DNA of 64,000 nucleotides from Planctomycetota bacterium (lineage in GTDB: Bacteria > Planctomycetota > UBA1135). A model generated the notes under the pieces. That model ran no database searches and was not told the origin of the DNA. It saw only the letters and a program-made list of their open reading frames with translations. The position numbers and the translations under genes are program-made. This document shows positions 18,810 to 28,569 of this stretch, in pieces (the first letter of the stretch is position 1; each line of letters begins with the position of its first letter). The stretch covers positions 35,894 through 99,893 of the forward strand of contig JAJFFB010000100.1 of NCBI GenBank assembly GCA_021776925.1. Reading direction: 5' to 3'.

Positions 18810-19622
18810 CTAGACAGTAGGCTGCCGCGCCGGTGCAATCAGGCCGCCGACCGGGGAACTGGCCGCGGCCAGGTAACGGCGGTCGATGCGTCCGGCAAGG
18901 AAACTGTCCCGGCCGGCGCGGCAGGCCAGATCGACCGCACGCGCCATGCGCACCGGATCCTGGGCCTGCGCCACCGCGGTGTTGAGCAGGACCCCGTCGG
19001 CACCCAGTTCCATCGCGATGGCGACGTCGCTGGCCTGGCCGACGCCGGCGTCGACCAGCACCGGGACCGATAACTCCTCGACGATCAGGCGGATGTTGAG
19101 CGGGTTGAGGATGCCCTGTCCGGTACCGATCGGCGAACCTAGCGGCATCACCGCCGTAGCACCGGCTTCTTCCAGGCGCTTGGCCTGACGCACGTCGTCG
19201 CTGGTGTAGACCAGCACGGTGAAGTCTTCTGCCACCAATTGCTCGCACGCGCGCAGGGTGTCGACCGGATCGGGCAGCAGGGTGCGCGTGTCACCGAGGA
19301 CCTCGAGCTTGACCAGATCGGTTTCGAGCATCTCGCGCGCCAGGCGGCAGGTGCGCAGCGCGGTTTCGGCGTCGAAGCAGCCGGCGGTGTTGGGCAGCAG
19401 TGTGTAGCGGTCACGGTCGATGAAATCGAGGAAGCGTTCGCCGGGGACCTCGTCCTCGGGTATCCGCCGCACCGCCACCGTCACGCAGTCGACCGCCGCG
19501 GCCTCGAGAGCGTCGCGCATCAGCGCGTAGGTCGGGTACTTGCCGGTGCCCAGAATCAGGCGGGACTGCAGGGCAAACGCACCCAATTGCAGGGCAGGAG
19601 GATCGGTGGGGTTGGCGCTCAA
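18810..19622 (-). CDS. thiG: thiazole synthase
   Basis: [23 protein letters not shown] and [14 protein letters not shown] are conserved ThiG motifs over the full length. Confidence 0.9.
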   Translation of the reverse strand: MSANPTDPPALQLGAFALQSRLILGTGKYPTYALMRDALEAAAVDCVTVAVRRIPEDEVPGERFLDFIDRDRYTLLPNTAGCFDAETALRTCRLAREMLETDLVKLEVLGDTRTLLPDPVDTLRACEQLVAEDFTVLVYTSDDVRQAKRLEEAGATAVMPLGSPIGTGQGILNPLNIRLIVEELSVPVLVDAGVGQASDVAIAMELGADGVLLNTAVAQAQDPVRMARAVDLACRAGRDSFLAGRIDRRYLAAASSPVGGLIAPARQPTV

Positions 19623-19671
19623 GGGGATGTCGGCTCAGGCGTTGACGAGGATGTCGGCTTGGAAGTCGGGG

Positions 19672-19899
19672 TCAGCCGCCGCCGACCAGCCGCACCACTT
19701 CGATGCGGTCGCCGGGCTGCAGTTCGGTGACCGCATGCTCGGTCCGGGGAACGACGCGCTGGTTGTGTTCGACCGCGACTCCCGGCCCGTCGGCTCCCAT
19801 TTTGCACAGCATCTGCGCCAGGGTCTGACCAGCCTGCCACGGCTGCGCCGCTCCGTTAACCAGGACCGCAGCCTTTCCTTGGTCGGAAGGCGCTTCCAT
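19672..19899 (-). CDS. thiS: sulfur-carrier protein ThiS
   Basis: 75-aa ORF directly upstream of thiG, with VNG near the N-terminus and a C-terminal ...VVRLVGGG (Gly-Gly end). Confidence 0.8.
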   Translation of the reverse strand: MEAPSDQGKAAVLVNGAAQPWQAGQTLAQMLCKMGADGPGVAVEHNQRVVPRTEHAVTELQPGDRIEVVRLVGGG

Positions 19900-19960
19900 G
19901 GCATCATTCTAGGACTTTTGGCACAGTGGCAAAAGCGGACCAAAGACGCAAAGCCCGACC

Positions 19961-19988
19961 TTGCCGGCGATTGGGCGCTTGTTATGAT
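19961..19988 (+). promoter_or_regulatory. candidate sigma70-type promoter (TTGCCG-N16-TATGAT) upstream of the nusA leader
   Basis: Hexamers read at 19961-19966 and 19983-19988. Sequence pattern only. Confidence 0.3.
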
Positions 19989-20081
19989 ATGCGGCTCCTG
20001 AATCGCCTTCGGACGGTTCGCCGGCGGTTTCAGCGCCCCCGGTTCGGGAGCTCCGGTCCGCCGTGGCACACACGGTCAATC

Positions 20082-20111
20082 GGGTGTGCAGCGTGCTGCG
20101 CACCCTTTTTT
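20082..20111 (+). terminator. intrinsic-terminator-like hairpin in the nusA 5' leader
   Basis: 10-bp stem GGGTGTGCAG / CTGCGCACCC (one G-T wobble), 4-nt loop, then TTTTTT at 20106-20111. It lies 58 nt upstream of the nusA ATG. Confidence 0.55.
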
Positions 20112-20168
20112 GTTGGCCGGAGCGACCACAGGAGGCTGAAAACGCCCGTCAACCCTCCCCGAGAAATC

Positions 20169-21242
20169 ATGCGCAAAGAAGAAGTCCTTCGAATGATCGA
20201 CGCCATCCACCGCGAAAGGCAGGTGGACCGCGAGATCTTGTTCGCGGCCTTGGAAGAGGCTTTGAGCATGGCTACGCGCAAACGCATGGGGGTGGAAGAG
20301 GGTTTCGACGTGCACATCGACCGCCGCAACGGCACGATCTCGCTTGAGTTGCCCAATGGCGAGGTCGCCTTCCCCAGCGCCGAGGAACTGGGCCGCATCG
20401 CCGCCCAGACCACCAAGCAGGTCTTCATGCAGAAGATCCGCGAGGCCGAGCGCGACAAGGTCTTCGATCAGTACGAAGACCTGACCGGCACCGTCGTCGC
20501 CGCGGTGGTGCACAAAATCGAGGGCCCCAACATCATCCTGCTGCTGAACGGCAAGAACGAGGCGTTGCTGCCGCGTTCCGAGCGGGTCATGTCCGAGCGC
20601 CTGCACATCGGCGACCGCCTACGCGTGCTGATCAAAGAGGTGCGCAAAGAGGGCTCGCGCGTGGTCATCATCGCTTCGCGCCGCGACGAAGAATTCGTGC
20701 GCAAGCTGTTCGAGGTCGAGATCCCCGAGATCGGCGAAGAACTGGTGCGGGTGATGCGCGTGGCGCGCGACGCCGGCTACCGCTCCAAGGTCGCGGTCTA
20801 CTCGATGGACCCGCGCGTCGACGCGATCGGTTCGTGCCTCGGCGTGCGCGGCACCCGCATTCGCAACATCAACGACGAACTCGGCCAGGAAAAAATCGAC
20901 ATCATCGCGTGGAGCGACTCGCTCGAGGAATTGGTCCAGAACGCGTTGAAACCGGCCCGCGACATCGCCTTGGAACACATCTTCCCTGACGAAGACGCGA
21001 TGTCAGTGTTCGTGCTCGTCAGCGAGGAACAAAAGCCGCTGGCGATCGGCATGGGCGGGCGCAACGTGCGCCTGGCTTCGCAGATCGTTGGCTGGGAGAT
21101 CGAAATCAAGACTCCCGCCGAATACGAAGCCGAACTCCTCGCCGAAGGAAACTCCGGCGAAGGGACCCCGGTCGAGATCCCGCCGATTGACGGCGCGGAC
21201 GGACTGGAAACCGAACCAAATCCGGAGGGCCCGGAAGCCTGA
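20169..21242 (+). CDS. nusA: transcription termination/antitermination factor NusA (short form, no C-terminal acidic repeats)
   Basis: MRKEEVLRMIDAIHRERQVDREILFAALEEAL is a typical NusA N-terminus. S1 and KH regions follow (GVRGTRIRNINDELGQEKIDII, GMGGRNVRLASQIVGWEIEI). Located directly upstream of infB. Confidence 0.9.
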   Translation: MRKEEVLRMIDAIHRERQVDREILFAALEEALSMATRKRMGVEEGFDVHIDRRNGTISLELPNGEVAFPSAEELGRIAAQTTKQVFMQKIREAERDKVFDQYEDLTGTVVAAVVHKIEGPNIILLLNGKNEALLPRSERVMSERLHIGDRLRVLIKEVRKEGSRVVIIASRRDEEFVRKLFEVEIPEIGEELVRVMRVARDAGYRSKVAVYSMDPRVDAIGSCLGVRGTRIRNINDELGQEKIDIIAWSDSLEELVQNALKPARDIALEHIFPDEDAMSVFVLVSEEQKPLAIGMGGRNVRLASQIVGWEIEIKTPAEYEAELLAEGNSGEGTPVEIPPIDGADGLETEPNPEGPEA

Positions 21243-21262
21243 GTGCCCGCGGAGCTGCTGCA

Positions 21263-24115
21263 TTGAGCAAAGTCAAAGTCTTCACCCTGGCCAAACGATT
21301 CGGATACAAATCATCCGACTTCGTGGGGGTCTTGCGTGACATCGGTTTCCCGGTGTCTTCTTACCAGGCCTCCATCGAGGAGTGGGACGTCCCGGTCATC
21401 GAAGAGCGCCTGCGCAAAGGTGGTCTTCTGAATGCCACAGAGGACGACGCTGCCGAGGAAGGCGGTGGTGCCAAGGAAAATGGCGGCGAGGCTTCGGCGT
21501 GGGATCTGCTCAAGGCGCAGGCCACCGCAAACGCCGAGGCCGCTGAAGCCGAGGCAGCTGAAGCCGAGGCCGACCAGGATGTGGCCGAGGCTGACCTCAG
21601 CGAAGCCGAGCCCGAACCCGCAGCGACCGCCCCCATTGCCGAAGCCACCGAAGCTGAGGCCGCAGCCAAAGAAGTCGCCGTTGAAGAGCCTGCTGGCGAT
21701 GCGGCCGAAGCGCTGCCGCCCGCAGAGCCGGTGCCGACCGAGGCCGCTGCTGAGGCTGACCCGGCTGACCCGGTGGTGGCCGATCCAGCCCCCGCCGAAG
21801 CACTGGCCGCCGACGCCGCCAGCGCCGACGCCAGTGCAGCCCCCACCCCTGAAGGCGCCTCCGAGCCCGCCGAGCCCGCCGCCCCGGCTCCTAGCGGTGC
21901 TGCGGAGCCCGCCAGCGAGCCCACCGTGCAGGCTGGAGCCGAGCCGACCGCCGAATCCACCACCGAGCCCGGCACCGAGGTTCCTGCTGTGGCCGCTGCA
22001 GCCCAAGGCGAAGCCGCAGCAACACCGCCCGAGCAAAAAGAAGGCGGCGCCCGGAAACCGCGCAAAAAAGGCACCCCGACGCCCAAACCGCGCCGCGCCG
22101 CAACCAAGGTCGGCAAGATCGACCTCGCCGCGCTTGGCCTGATCAAGAGCCAGCACCAGGAAAAGAGGCGCTCCACCACCTTCTCCGACATCCGCGACCG
22201 GGTTGCCACCAACCGTCGCGAGCAGCGCACCCGCCAGCGCGAAACCATGCGCGCGCGGCGCCAGGGGCGCGTCGGGCCGAAGCACGTCTCGACGCTCGAA
22301 CGCAAAAAAGACGTCGTCCTCGATTCGCCGGTCACGGTCAAGAGTTTCTCCGTGGCCACCGGCATCTCGATCAACGACGTCATGCGCAAGCTGATGCAGA
22401 TGGGCATGATGGCCAGCATCAACGCGGTGCTCGAAGGCGAAATGGTCGAGCTGCTCGCCGAGGAGCTGGATCTCAGCATCCAGTACCGCGAAGAGGCCGA
22501 CATCGAGACCGAGCTGATGGCCGAGATCATGGCCTCGCGCAAGGCGCTCGACGAGTCCTCGATCATGCCGCGCGATCCGGTCATCGCCTTCCTCGGACAC
22601 GTCGACCACGGCAAGACCTCGCTGATCGACGCGATCCGCAAGACCCACATCGCCGACAAGGAATCGGGCGGCATCACCCAGCACATCGGCGCCTACCAGG
22701 TCAAGCTGCCCAGCGGTCAGGGCGTCACGGTGCTCGACACGCCGGGCCACGCAGCTTTCACCAGCATGCGCGCGCGCGGTGCCCAGACCACCGACATCGT
22801 GGTGCTGGTGGTCGCCGCCGACGACGGCGTCATGCCGCAGACCGAAGAGGCCGCCAACCACGCCCGCGCCGCCGGCGTGCCGGTGGTGGTGGCCATCAAC
22901 AAGGTCGACGCAACCGGCGCCAACCCGGAACAGGTCAAGTCGCAGCTCGCCGGCCTCGGCCTGCAGCCCGAGGACTGGGGTGGCGACGTCGGCATGGTCG
23001 AAGTCTCGGCGCTGCGCAAGCAGGGCGTGGAAGCGCTGCTCGAACGCGTGATGCTCGAGGCCGAAGTCCTCGACCTCCAAGCCCACGCCAAGGGCGACGC
23101 ACTTGGCACCATCATCGAGGCCAAGCTGGAGAAGGGCCGTGGCAAGATGATCACCGTGCTGGTCCAGGATGGCACCCTTAAACCGAAAGACGTGGTCCTC
23201 GCTGGGCCCACCTTCGGCAAGCTGCGCCTGATGTTCGATTCCAACGGCAAGGCGCTGAAGCAGGCCGGACCGTCGACCCCGGTCGAGATCTCCGGTCTCG
23301 AAGAACTGCCGCCGATCGGCGAGAAGTTCTACGTGGTCAAAGACGCCAAGGCGGCCAAGGCGGTCGCCGAAAAGCGCATGATGCACCGCACCGAGCTGGA
23401 CCGCGCGCGGCGGACCAAGGTTTCGATGCAGAACGTGTTCGAGAAGCTCGACGAGAGCAACGCCGAGCGTCTGCGTTTCGTCCTCAAGGGCGACGTGCAG
23501 GGTTCGGTCGAAGTCCTCAAGGCCACGCTCGAAGACATGAGCACCGAAGAGGTCATCGTCGACGTGGTGCACTCCGGCGTCGGCGCGATCAACGAGTCCG
23601 ACGTCACTTTGGCGCAGACCGCCGGCGGCGTGGTCATCGCCTTCCACGTGGCTCCCGACAACAAGGCGCGCGTCACCGCCGAGAAAGAAGGCATCGAGAT
23701 CCGTCGCTACGACGTCATCTACGACCTGATCGAAGACGTGCAGAAGGGCATCGAGGGCCTGCTCGCACCCGACCGCGTCGAAGAGGTGTGCGGCCACGCC
23801 AGCGTGCTCGAAGTGTTCCGCAGTTCGCGCTGGGGCACCATCGCCGGCTGCATGGTCGATTCCGGAGTGGTGCGGCGTTCCTGCAAGGCGCGCCTGATCC
23901 GCGACGGCAAGCCGATCTACACCGCCGCGCTGGCTTCGCTGCGGCGCTTCAAGGACGACGTGCGCGAAGTCACCGAAGGCACCGAATGCGGCCTCAAGCT
24001 GGAAGACTTCGAAGACATCAAAGCCGGCGACGAGCTGGAGTTCCTCGAGATCACCGAAAAGGCCCGCTCCCTGGAAGAGGCGCAGGCGAGCACTTCCGAT
24101 AAGTCCGGCGACTGA
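21263..24115 (+). CDS. infB: translation initiation factor IF-2
   Basis: TTG start. The N-terminal domain is MSKVKVFTLAKRFGYKSSDFV. G-domain motifs GHVDHGKTSLID, DTPGHAAF and NKVD are present. A long Ala/Glu/Pro-rich linker sits between them. Confidence 0.95.
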   Translation: MSKVKVFTLAKRFGYKSSDFVGVLRDIGFPVSSYQASIEEWDVPVIEERLRKGGLLNATEDDAAEEGGGAKENGGEASAWDLLKAQATANAEAAEAEAAEAEADQDVAEADLSEAEPEPAATAPIAEATEAEAAAKEVAVEEPAGDAAEALPPAEPVPTEAAAEADPADPVVADPAPAEALAADAASADASAAPTPEGASEPAEPAAPAPSGAAEPASEPTVQAGAEPTAESTTEPGTEVPAVAAAAQGEAAATPPEQKEGGARKPRKKGTPTPKPRRAATKVGKIDLAALGLIKSQHQEKRRSTTFSDIRDRVATNRREQRTRQRETMRARRQGRVGPKHVSTLERKKDVVLDSPVTVKSFSVATGISINDVMRKLMQMGMMASINAVLEGEMVELLAEELDLSIQYREEADIETELMAEIMASRKALDESSIMPRDPVIAFLGHVDHGKTSLIDAIRKTHIADKESGGITQHIGAYQVKLPSGQGVTVLDTPGHAAFTSMRARGAQTTDIVVLVVAADDGVMPQTEEAANHARAAGVPVVVAINKVDATGANPEQVKSQLAGLGLQPEDWGGDVGMVEVSALRKQGVEALLERVMLEAEVLDLQAHAKGDALGTIIEAKLEKGRGKMITVLVQDGTLKPKDVVLAGPTFGKLRLMFDSNGKALKQAGPSTPVEISGLEELPPIGEKFYVVKDAKAAKAVAEKRMMHRTELDRARRTKVSMQNVFEKLDESNAERLRFVLKGDVQGSVEVLKATLEDMSTEEVIVDVVHSGVGAINESDVTLAQTAGGVVIAFHVAPDNKARVTAEKEGIEIRRYDVIYDLIEDVQKGIEGLLAPDRVEEVCGHASVLEVFRSSRWGTIAGCMVDSGVVRRSCKARLIRDGKPIYTAALASLRRFKDDVREVTEGTECGLKLEDFEDIKAGDELEFLEITEKARSLEEAQASTSDKSGD

Positions 24116-24134
24116 GCGCCGGCACGCTGCTCCG

Positions 24135-24485
24135 ATGGCCAACGAACGCCGCCGCAAGCAGATCGCCCGCCGCGTGCAAGCGCGGCTGGCGCAGATCCTT
24201 CTGTATGAAATGAAGGATCCGCGCGCCTCCTTCCTCACCATCACCGAGGTCGAGATGAACCGCGACCTTTCGATTGCCAGGGTGCGCTGGTCGACGCTGG
24301 ATCCGTCTGCGCGCTCGCGCATTGCGCACATGCTTGAGCACGCCCATGGCTTCCTGCGCCGCGAGGTGGCGCAGGAGGTGCAGTTGCGCTCGGCGCCGCA
24401 GGTCGTTTTCGAGTACGACGAACGCATCGAGCGCGCCGATCGCATCGAATCGATCCTGCGCGACCTGCGGCCGAAAGATGACTGA
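24135..24485 (+). CDS. rbfA: ribosome-binding factor A
   Basis: 116 aa with RRVQARLAQILLYEMKDPR...LTITEVEMNRDLSIARV, in the conserved position after infB. Confidence 0.9.
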   Translation: MANERRRKQIARRVQARLAQILLYEMKDPRASFLTITEVEMNRDLSIARVRWSTLDPSARSRIAHMLEHAHGFLRREVAQEVQLRSAPQVVFEYDERIERADRIESILRDLRPKDD

Positions 24486-25212
24486 GGCGCCGCGCCGCTT
24501 GCGCCGGGCGGAAAGCGTCCTGCGCCAGCGCACCGGCCGCCTGCTGCTGGTGCTCGAGCGACCCGCCGACAACCACAACATCCAAGCGGTTCTGCGCACC
24601 GCCGAGGCCTACGGAATTCAACACGTCTGGGTGGTCGACCACGCCGTGCCGCCGCAGAAGATCAACAAATCGGTGACCAAGGGCAGCTATCTGTGGCTCA
24701 GTATGCGCCATTTCCAACGCCCGCAGGACTGCATCCAGGCCTTGCACGACGGCGGCTGGAGCATATGGAGCACGGATCTGTCGCCGGGCGCGGTGGCGGT
24801 CCATTCGCCCTCCGACCTGCTCCCCTTCCCGCAGCGCGTGGCCTTGGTGGTGGGGCGCGAATCCGACGGCGTCACCGAAGAAATGCTCGCCGCCAGCGAC
24901 CGCCGCCTATTCCTGCCGATGGCTGGATTCACCGAGAGTTTCAATCTGTCGGTAGCCACCGCCCTGGTGCTACAGCGCTGCTTCGACGCCTGCCCTGAGT
25001 TGCGCGGCGCGATGAGCGAGGACGAGCGCGCGCAAATCCGCCGCGAGTGGTATGAGCGGCTGGCCGGCTCGGCGCGCCACCTGCACGAATTCCAGCAGTG
25101 GCTCGACCAGCCGCCGCCGCCACTCGAAAGTCTGCGCCCGGCGGAAGAGTTCCGCCGCCCGCGCATTCCCAAGAAGATCCGCCGCCGTTTAGGGCTCGGC
25201 GGAGACGTGTAA
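24478..25212 (+). CDS. SpoU/TrmH-family RNA 2'-O-methyltransferase
   Basis: ATG at 24478 overlaps the rbfA 3' end by 8 nt. LVLERPADNHNIQAVLRTAEAYG and LVVGRESDGVTEEML...LPMAGFTESFNLSVATALVL are SPOUT-family motifs. Confidence 0.85.
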   Translation: MTEAPRRLRRAESVLRQRTGRLLLVLERPADNHNIQAVLRTAEAYGIQHVWVVDHAVPPQKINKSVTKGSYLWLSMRHFQRPQDCIQALHDGGWSIWSTDLSPGAVAVHSPSDLLPFPQRVALVVGRESDGVTEEMLAASDRRLFLPMAGFTESFNLSVATALVLQRCFDACPELRGAMSEDERAQIRREWYERLAGSARHLHEFQQWLDQPPPPLESLRPAEEFRRPRIPKKIRRRLGLGGDV

Positions 25213-25224
25213 CCGTCGGCAGCT

Positions 25225-26688
25225 CTACTCGCCGCGGTGCCAGCGCACCCCGTCGAATTTGTCCTCGAGCACGATCCCGGCCGCATGCAGCTGATCGCGC
25301 AACTGGTCGGCGCGCGCCCAATCCTTTTCCTGGCGCGCCAGGTTGCGCTCGGCGATCAGGGTTTCGACCTCGGCGTCGGCGAGTCCTGGGGCAGCGCCGT
25401 CGGCGGTCATCTCGAACAGACCGAGGATCTCATCGGCGCGTGCCAACAACTGCATAGCGGCGACGGCCGCCTGCTGGCTGAGTCCGTGATGCATGAAGTG
25501 GTTGCGTAGTTGGAAGATGGCAGCCACCGCCTCGGAGGTATTGAGATCGTCTTCGAGCGCCCGGTCGAAGGCGGCGCCGGCCTGGCGCACCTCGGCCTGG
25601 CCTTGCCCGTGGCCGTTGCGCTCGGCGGCCTGCAGACGGCCGCGCCAGTCAAGCAGGGAGCGGCGCGCTTCGGCGGCGCCGCGCAAGGCTTCCCAGGTGA
25701 AATTGAGCTGAGTGCGGTAATGGCCACGCAGCACCAGGAAACGGAAATCCCACGGGCTGAAGCCGCGTTCGATCAGATCATCGAGCGTATAGACATTGCC
25801 CAGGGATTTGGACATCTTGCCGCCGTCGACCTGCAGGAACTTGGTGTGCATCCATAACCGCACGAAGGGCTTGCCAGTGGCGCACTCGCTCTGCGCGATC
25901 TCGCATTCATGGTGCGGGAACACGTTGTCCTCGCCACCGGTATGAATGTCAAAGCTGTCGCCCAGATATTTCATCGACATCGCCGAGCATTCGATGTGCC
26001 AGCCAGGGAAACCATGCGGACCCAAAGCGGTCTCCCACTTCATCAGGTGATTCGGATCGGACTTCCACAGAGCGAAATCGGCCGGATGACGCTTCTCTTC
26101 ATTGACCTCGAGGCGTGCGCCGGATTCCAGTTCGGCGATGCGGTTGCCGGACAGCCGGCCGTAGGCCGCAAAAGCGTGCACGTCGAAATAATAGTTGTCG
26201 CCAACGCGGTAAGCGTGACCGCTGTCGACCAGCAGCTCGACCAGGCGCACCATCTCAGGGATGTGATCGGTGGCTTTCGGATAGTGGTGTGCCGGACGCA
26301 CGCCGAGCGCATCGAGGTCGGCGAAGAACTGCGCGCTGACCTGTTCGACGATCTTCCAGGGGTCGAGCTTGGCACGGCGCGCCTCGGCGAGCAGTTTGTC
26401 TTCGCCGTCATCGGCGTCGTCGACCAGGTGGCCGACGTCGGTCAAGTTCATCACCTGGGTGACCTGATAGCCCTCGAGATCGAACAGCCGGCGCAACAGG
26501 TCGGCGAAGAGGAAGGCGCGGTAGTTGCCGATGTGCGGCCGCTTGTAGACCGTCGGTCCGCAGTGATACATGCGCACGCGGCCCTCTTCCAACGGAGCGA
26601 AGGCCTCGATCTGGCGGCTGAAACTGTTGTAGAAGCGCAGTTCCACGGCGCGGATTCTATCCTCCCCCGGGCACCCGGGCTGCTCCAA
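25225..26688 (-). CDS. cysS: cysteine--tRNA ligase
   Basis: MYHCGPTVYKRPHIGNYR (HIGH-type motif), KMSKSLGN (KMSKS) and full-length class I architecture. The exact start is uncertain (a GTG a few codons in is possible). Confidence 0.95.
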   Translation of the reverse strand: MEQPGCPGEDRIRAVELRFYNSFSRQIEAFAPLEEGRVRMYHCGPTVYKRPHIGNYRAFLFADLLRRLFDLEGYQVTQVMNLTDVGHLVDDADDGEDKLLAEARRAKLDPWKIVEQVSAQFFADLDALGVRPAHHYPKATDHIPEMVRLVELLVDSGHAYRVGDNYYFDVHAFAAYGRLSGNRIAELESGARLEVNEEKRHPADFALWKSDPNHLMKWETALGPHGFPGWHIECSAMSMKYLGDSFDIHTGGEDNVFPHHECEIAQSECATGKPFVRLWMHTKFLQVDGGKMSKSLGNVYTLDDLIERGFSPWDFRFLVLRGHYRTQLNFTWEALRGAAEARRSLLDWRGRLQAAERNGHGQGQAEVRQAGAAFDRALEDDLNTSEAVAAIFQLRNHFMHHGLSQQAAVAAMQLLARADEILGLFEMTADGAAPGLADAEVETLIAERNLARQEKDWARADQLRDQLHAAGIVLEDKFDGVRWHRGE

Positions 26689-26758
26689 GCACGCGGCGGG
26701 CGCGGGGCTGGTCCGGTGCTGCGGGGGCCGCCCGGAGCCGGGGCCGGGCGGAGCCGGA

Positions 26759-27457
26759 CTAAACGCGGAAGGGCGCCGGCACCTCGCCGGCGTGCTTGCG
26801 GAAATAGCGAGCGAAACGCCGCCGACGTGCTCGCCGTTCGGCTTCGGTCAGCGGACGCGGCTTGAGCACCGCCCCGGCAAGGTCGATCACCCAGCAGCGG
26901 CCGCAGTCTTCTTGCCACAGCATGTTGCCAGGATGAAGGTCGGTGGCCCACAGGCCGGCGGCACACAGCTGGTCGAGCAAGGCGTCGGCGGCGGCGAGTG
27001 CGCCCGGGTTGTCACGGGCCTCGAACACGGTGACCGCGTCCTCGACCTCTTCGGTGATCAGGTGCTGCACCCAGAAAATGCCAGCCAGGGCCAGACCCAC
27101 CAGGACCAGGGGAGTGGGCAGACCGCGGGCGCGCAGCGCGTTGCTGACCGTGATCTCCTCGCCGAGGCGCGTCGGCCGGCGGAAGCGCTCGCCCAGCAAA
27201 CGGCCAACGACTCCGCCGTGGCGGTTGGTGCGCCACACCCCACGGCGTCCGGCGATCACCACCCGGCGCGCGGCACCGCGGCCGTAGCCGAGGACCGCGT
27301 CGGCGTCGCGCGCGTGTTCTTCCAGCTTGGCCACGCCGAGGCAGCGCCATAGATCCAGGTCTTCGGCGAAATCGAGCTCTGCCGGGTCGATTTCAGCCGC
27401 CACCCACAGCCGCACGTCACGTCCGCGCGACAATCGGTGGGGAGATCCAACGGACAT
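26759..27457 (-). CDS. lipopolysaccharide kinase (Kdo/WaaP) family protein
   Basis: TDLHPGNMLWQ and WVIDLAG are kinase catalytic-loop/DxG-type motifs. Divergent from a GT9 heptosyltransferase. Confidence 0.7.
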   Translation of the reverse strand: MSVGSPHRLSRGRDVRLWVAAEIDPAELDFAEDLDLWRCLGVAKLEEHARDADAVLGYGRGAARRVVIAGRRGVWRTNRHGGVVGRLLGERFRRPTRLGEEITVSNALRARGLPTPLVLVGLALAGIFWVQHLITEEVEDAVTVFEARDNPGALAAADALLDQLCAAGLWATDLHPGNMLWQEDCGRCWVIDLAGAVLKPRPLTEAERRARRRRFARYFRKHAGEVPAPFRV

Positions 27458-27480
27458 GCGGCAATGGTATCTTTCCCGCC

Positions 27481-28569
27481 ATGCCGGACACTGATTGCGC
27501 GTCCCTGCCCGCCGACGCCCGCATCCTGGTGGTCCGGCTCAGCGCCCTCGGCGATCTGGTGTTCGCACTGCCGGCGGTAACTGCGCTGCGTCAGCTCCTG
27601 CCTCACGCGCACATCGACTGGCTGGTCGAAGACCGCCATGCATCCTTGGTGCGCACCCTGCCGGGACTGGACCGGGTGCGCGTCTTTCCGCGCCGCGGCT
27701 GGAAGTCGCCGGCCGGCCTGCGCCGGATGTGGCGCCACTGGCGCGAGCTGCGTGGCGACCGACGCTATGACTGCGTCCTCGACCTGCAGGGCAATTTGAA
27801 GAGTGCCTTACAGGCGCGGCGGGTGCGCTCGCCTTTGCGCATCGGCTTCGCCCGCGGCACCGCCAAGGAAGGCGCCCATCGCCTCTATCACCGGGCCGTT
27901 GCCACGCCGGCGCGCTGTCACCGAGCGGATCGTGATCTTGCCCTGCTGGCGCCGTTGGGTTGGCATGGACCCGCACCCGCCGTCGAGCCCTGGGCTCTGG
28001 ATTCCGCCATCGTCAAGGAAATGGAAACCGCCTGGCCACGGGTCACTGCCGGGGCTCGGCGCATCCTGCTGCACCATGCCGTCACCGATTATGGGCGCGA
28101 CAAGGAGTGGCTGCCCGAGCGCTGGGCAGGGCTGGCGCGGGCGCTGGCGCTGGCCGACGCCGGCGACCAGGTCTTCCTGTTGTGGACCCCCGCCGAAAAG
28201 GAGCGCGCGCTCGGCATCGCCGCCTCCAGTGAAGGTGCTGCGCGTCTTGCGCCCGCCACGCCCAGCCTCGCGCACCTGATGGCCCTGCTCGACCAGGCCG
28301 ACCTGGTCATCGGCACCGACAGCGGCCCGGTCCATCTCGCCGCGGTGCGCGGGCAGCAGGTGGTGGCGCTCTTCGGCCCGACCGACCCGCTGCGCTTCCG
28401 CCCACCAGGCCCTCACTGCGAGCTGGTCTGCGCGCTGCCCATGGATCAGCCCCCCCCCAAACGCGAGCGCAGCCGCCGCTCGCCGCTGATGGACCAGATC
28501 ACCGTAGAGACGGTGCTTGCGGCTGCAAGGGGAAATGAGCCGCGGCACCCAACAGGGCCAGCGTCCTAA
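27481..28569 (+). CDS. glycosyltransferase family 9 (ADP-heptose:LPS heptosyltransferase-like)
   Basis: ILVVRLSALGDLVFALPAVTALR...HIDWLVE at the N-terminus and IGTDSGPVHLAA near the C-terminus are GT9 hallmarks. Confidence 0.85.
   Translation: MPDTDCASLPADARILVVRLSALGDLVFALPAVTALRQLLPHAHIDWLVEDRHASLVRTLPGLDRVRVFPRRGWKSPAGLRRMWRHWRELRGDRRYDCVLDLQGNLKSALQARRVRSPLRIGFARGTAKEGAHRLYHRAVATPARCHRADRDLALLAPLGWHGPAPAVEPWALDSAIVKEMETAWPRVTAGARRILLHHAVTDYGRDKEWLPERWAGLARALALADAGDQVFLLWTPAEKERALGIAASSEGAARLAPATPSLAHLMALLDQADLVIGTDSGPVHLAAVRGQQVVALFGPTDPLRFRPPGPHCELVCALPMDQPPPKRERSRRSPLMDQITVETVLAAARGNEPRHPTGPAS

Noticed and set aside
19975-20085. tRNA gene (a metY-like initiator tRNA) upstream of nusA
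   Set aside because: I could build no cloverleaf. GGTTCGGGAGC lacks a complementary T-stem, and no acceptor or anticodon arms are evident.
19900-20168. TPP (THI-box) riboswitch upstream of thiS on the minus strand
   Set aside because: A P1-like pairing (GGGCGCU...AGCGCCC) exists. However, the enclosed ~50 nt lack the conserved CUGAGA and ACCUGAUCUGG.UAAU.CCAGCG cores and are too short for the aptamer.
21480-22080. The Ala/Glu/Pro-rich segment of infB as an insertion or a separate gene
   Set aside because: It is continuous in frame between the conserved IF-2 N-terminal domain and the G-domain. Variable low-complexity linkers are normal for IF-2.
21311-24445. 1044-aa ORF antisense to infB. 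Similar very long alternate-frame or antisense ORFs occur at 7373..8407, 13393..14499, 42247..45159, 55254..56744, 57113..59755 and 60361..62148.
   Set aside because: The translations are Arg/Gly/Ala/Pro-rich low-complexity sequence with no motifs. The opposite strand or other frame encodes full-length, motif-rich conserved proteins (IF-2, NPP-like/CysC, PheA-AroF, Tex-like, EF-G). Stop-poor antisense frames are expected at this GC content.
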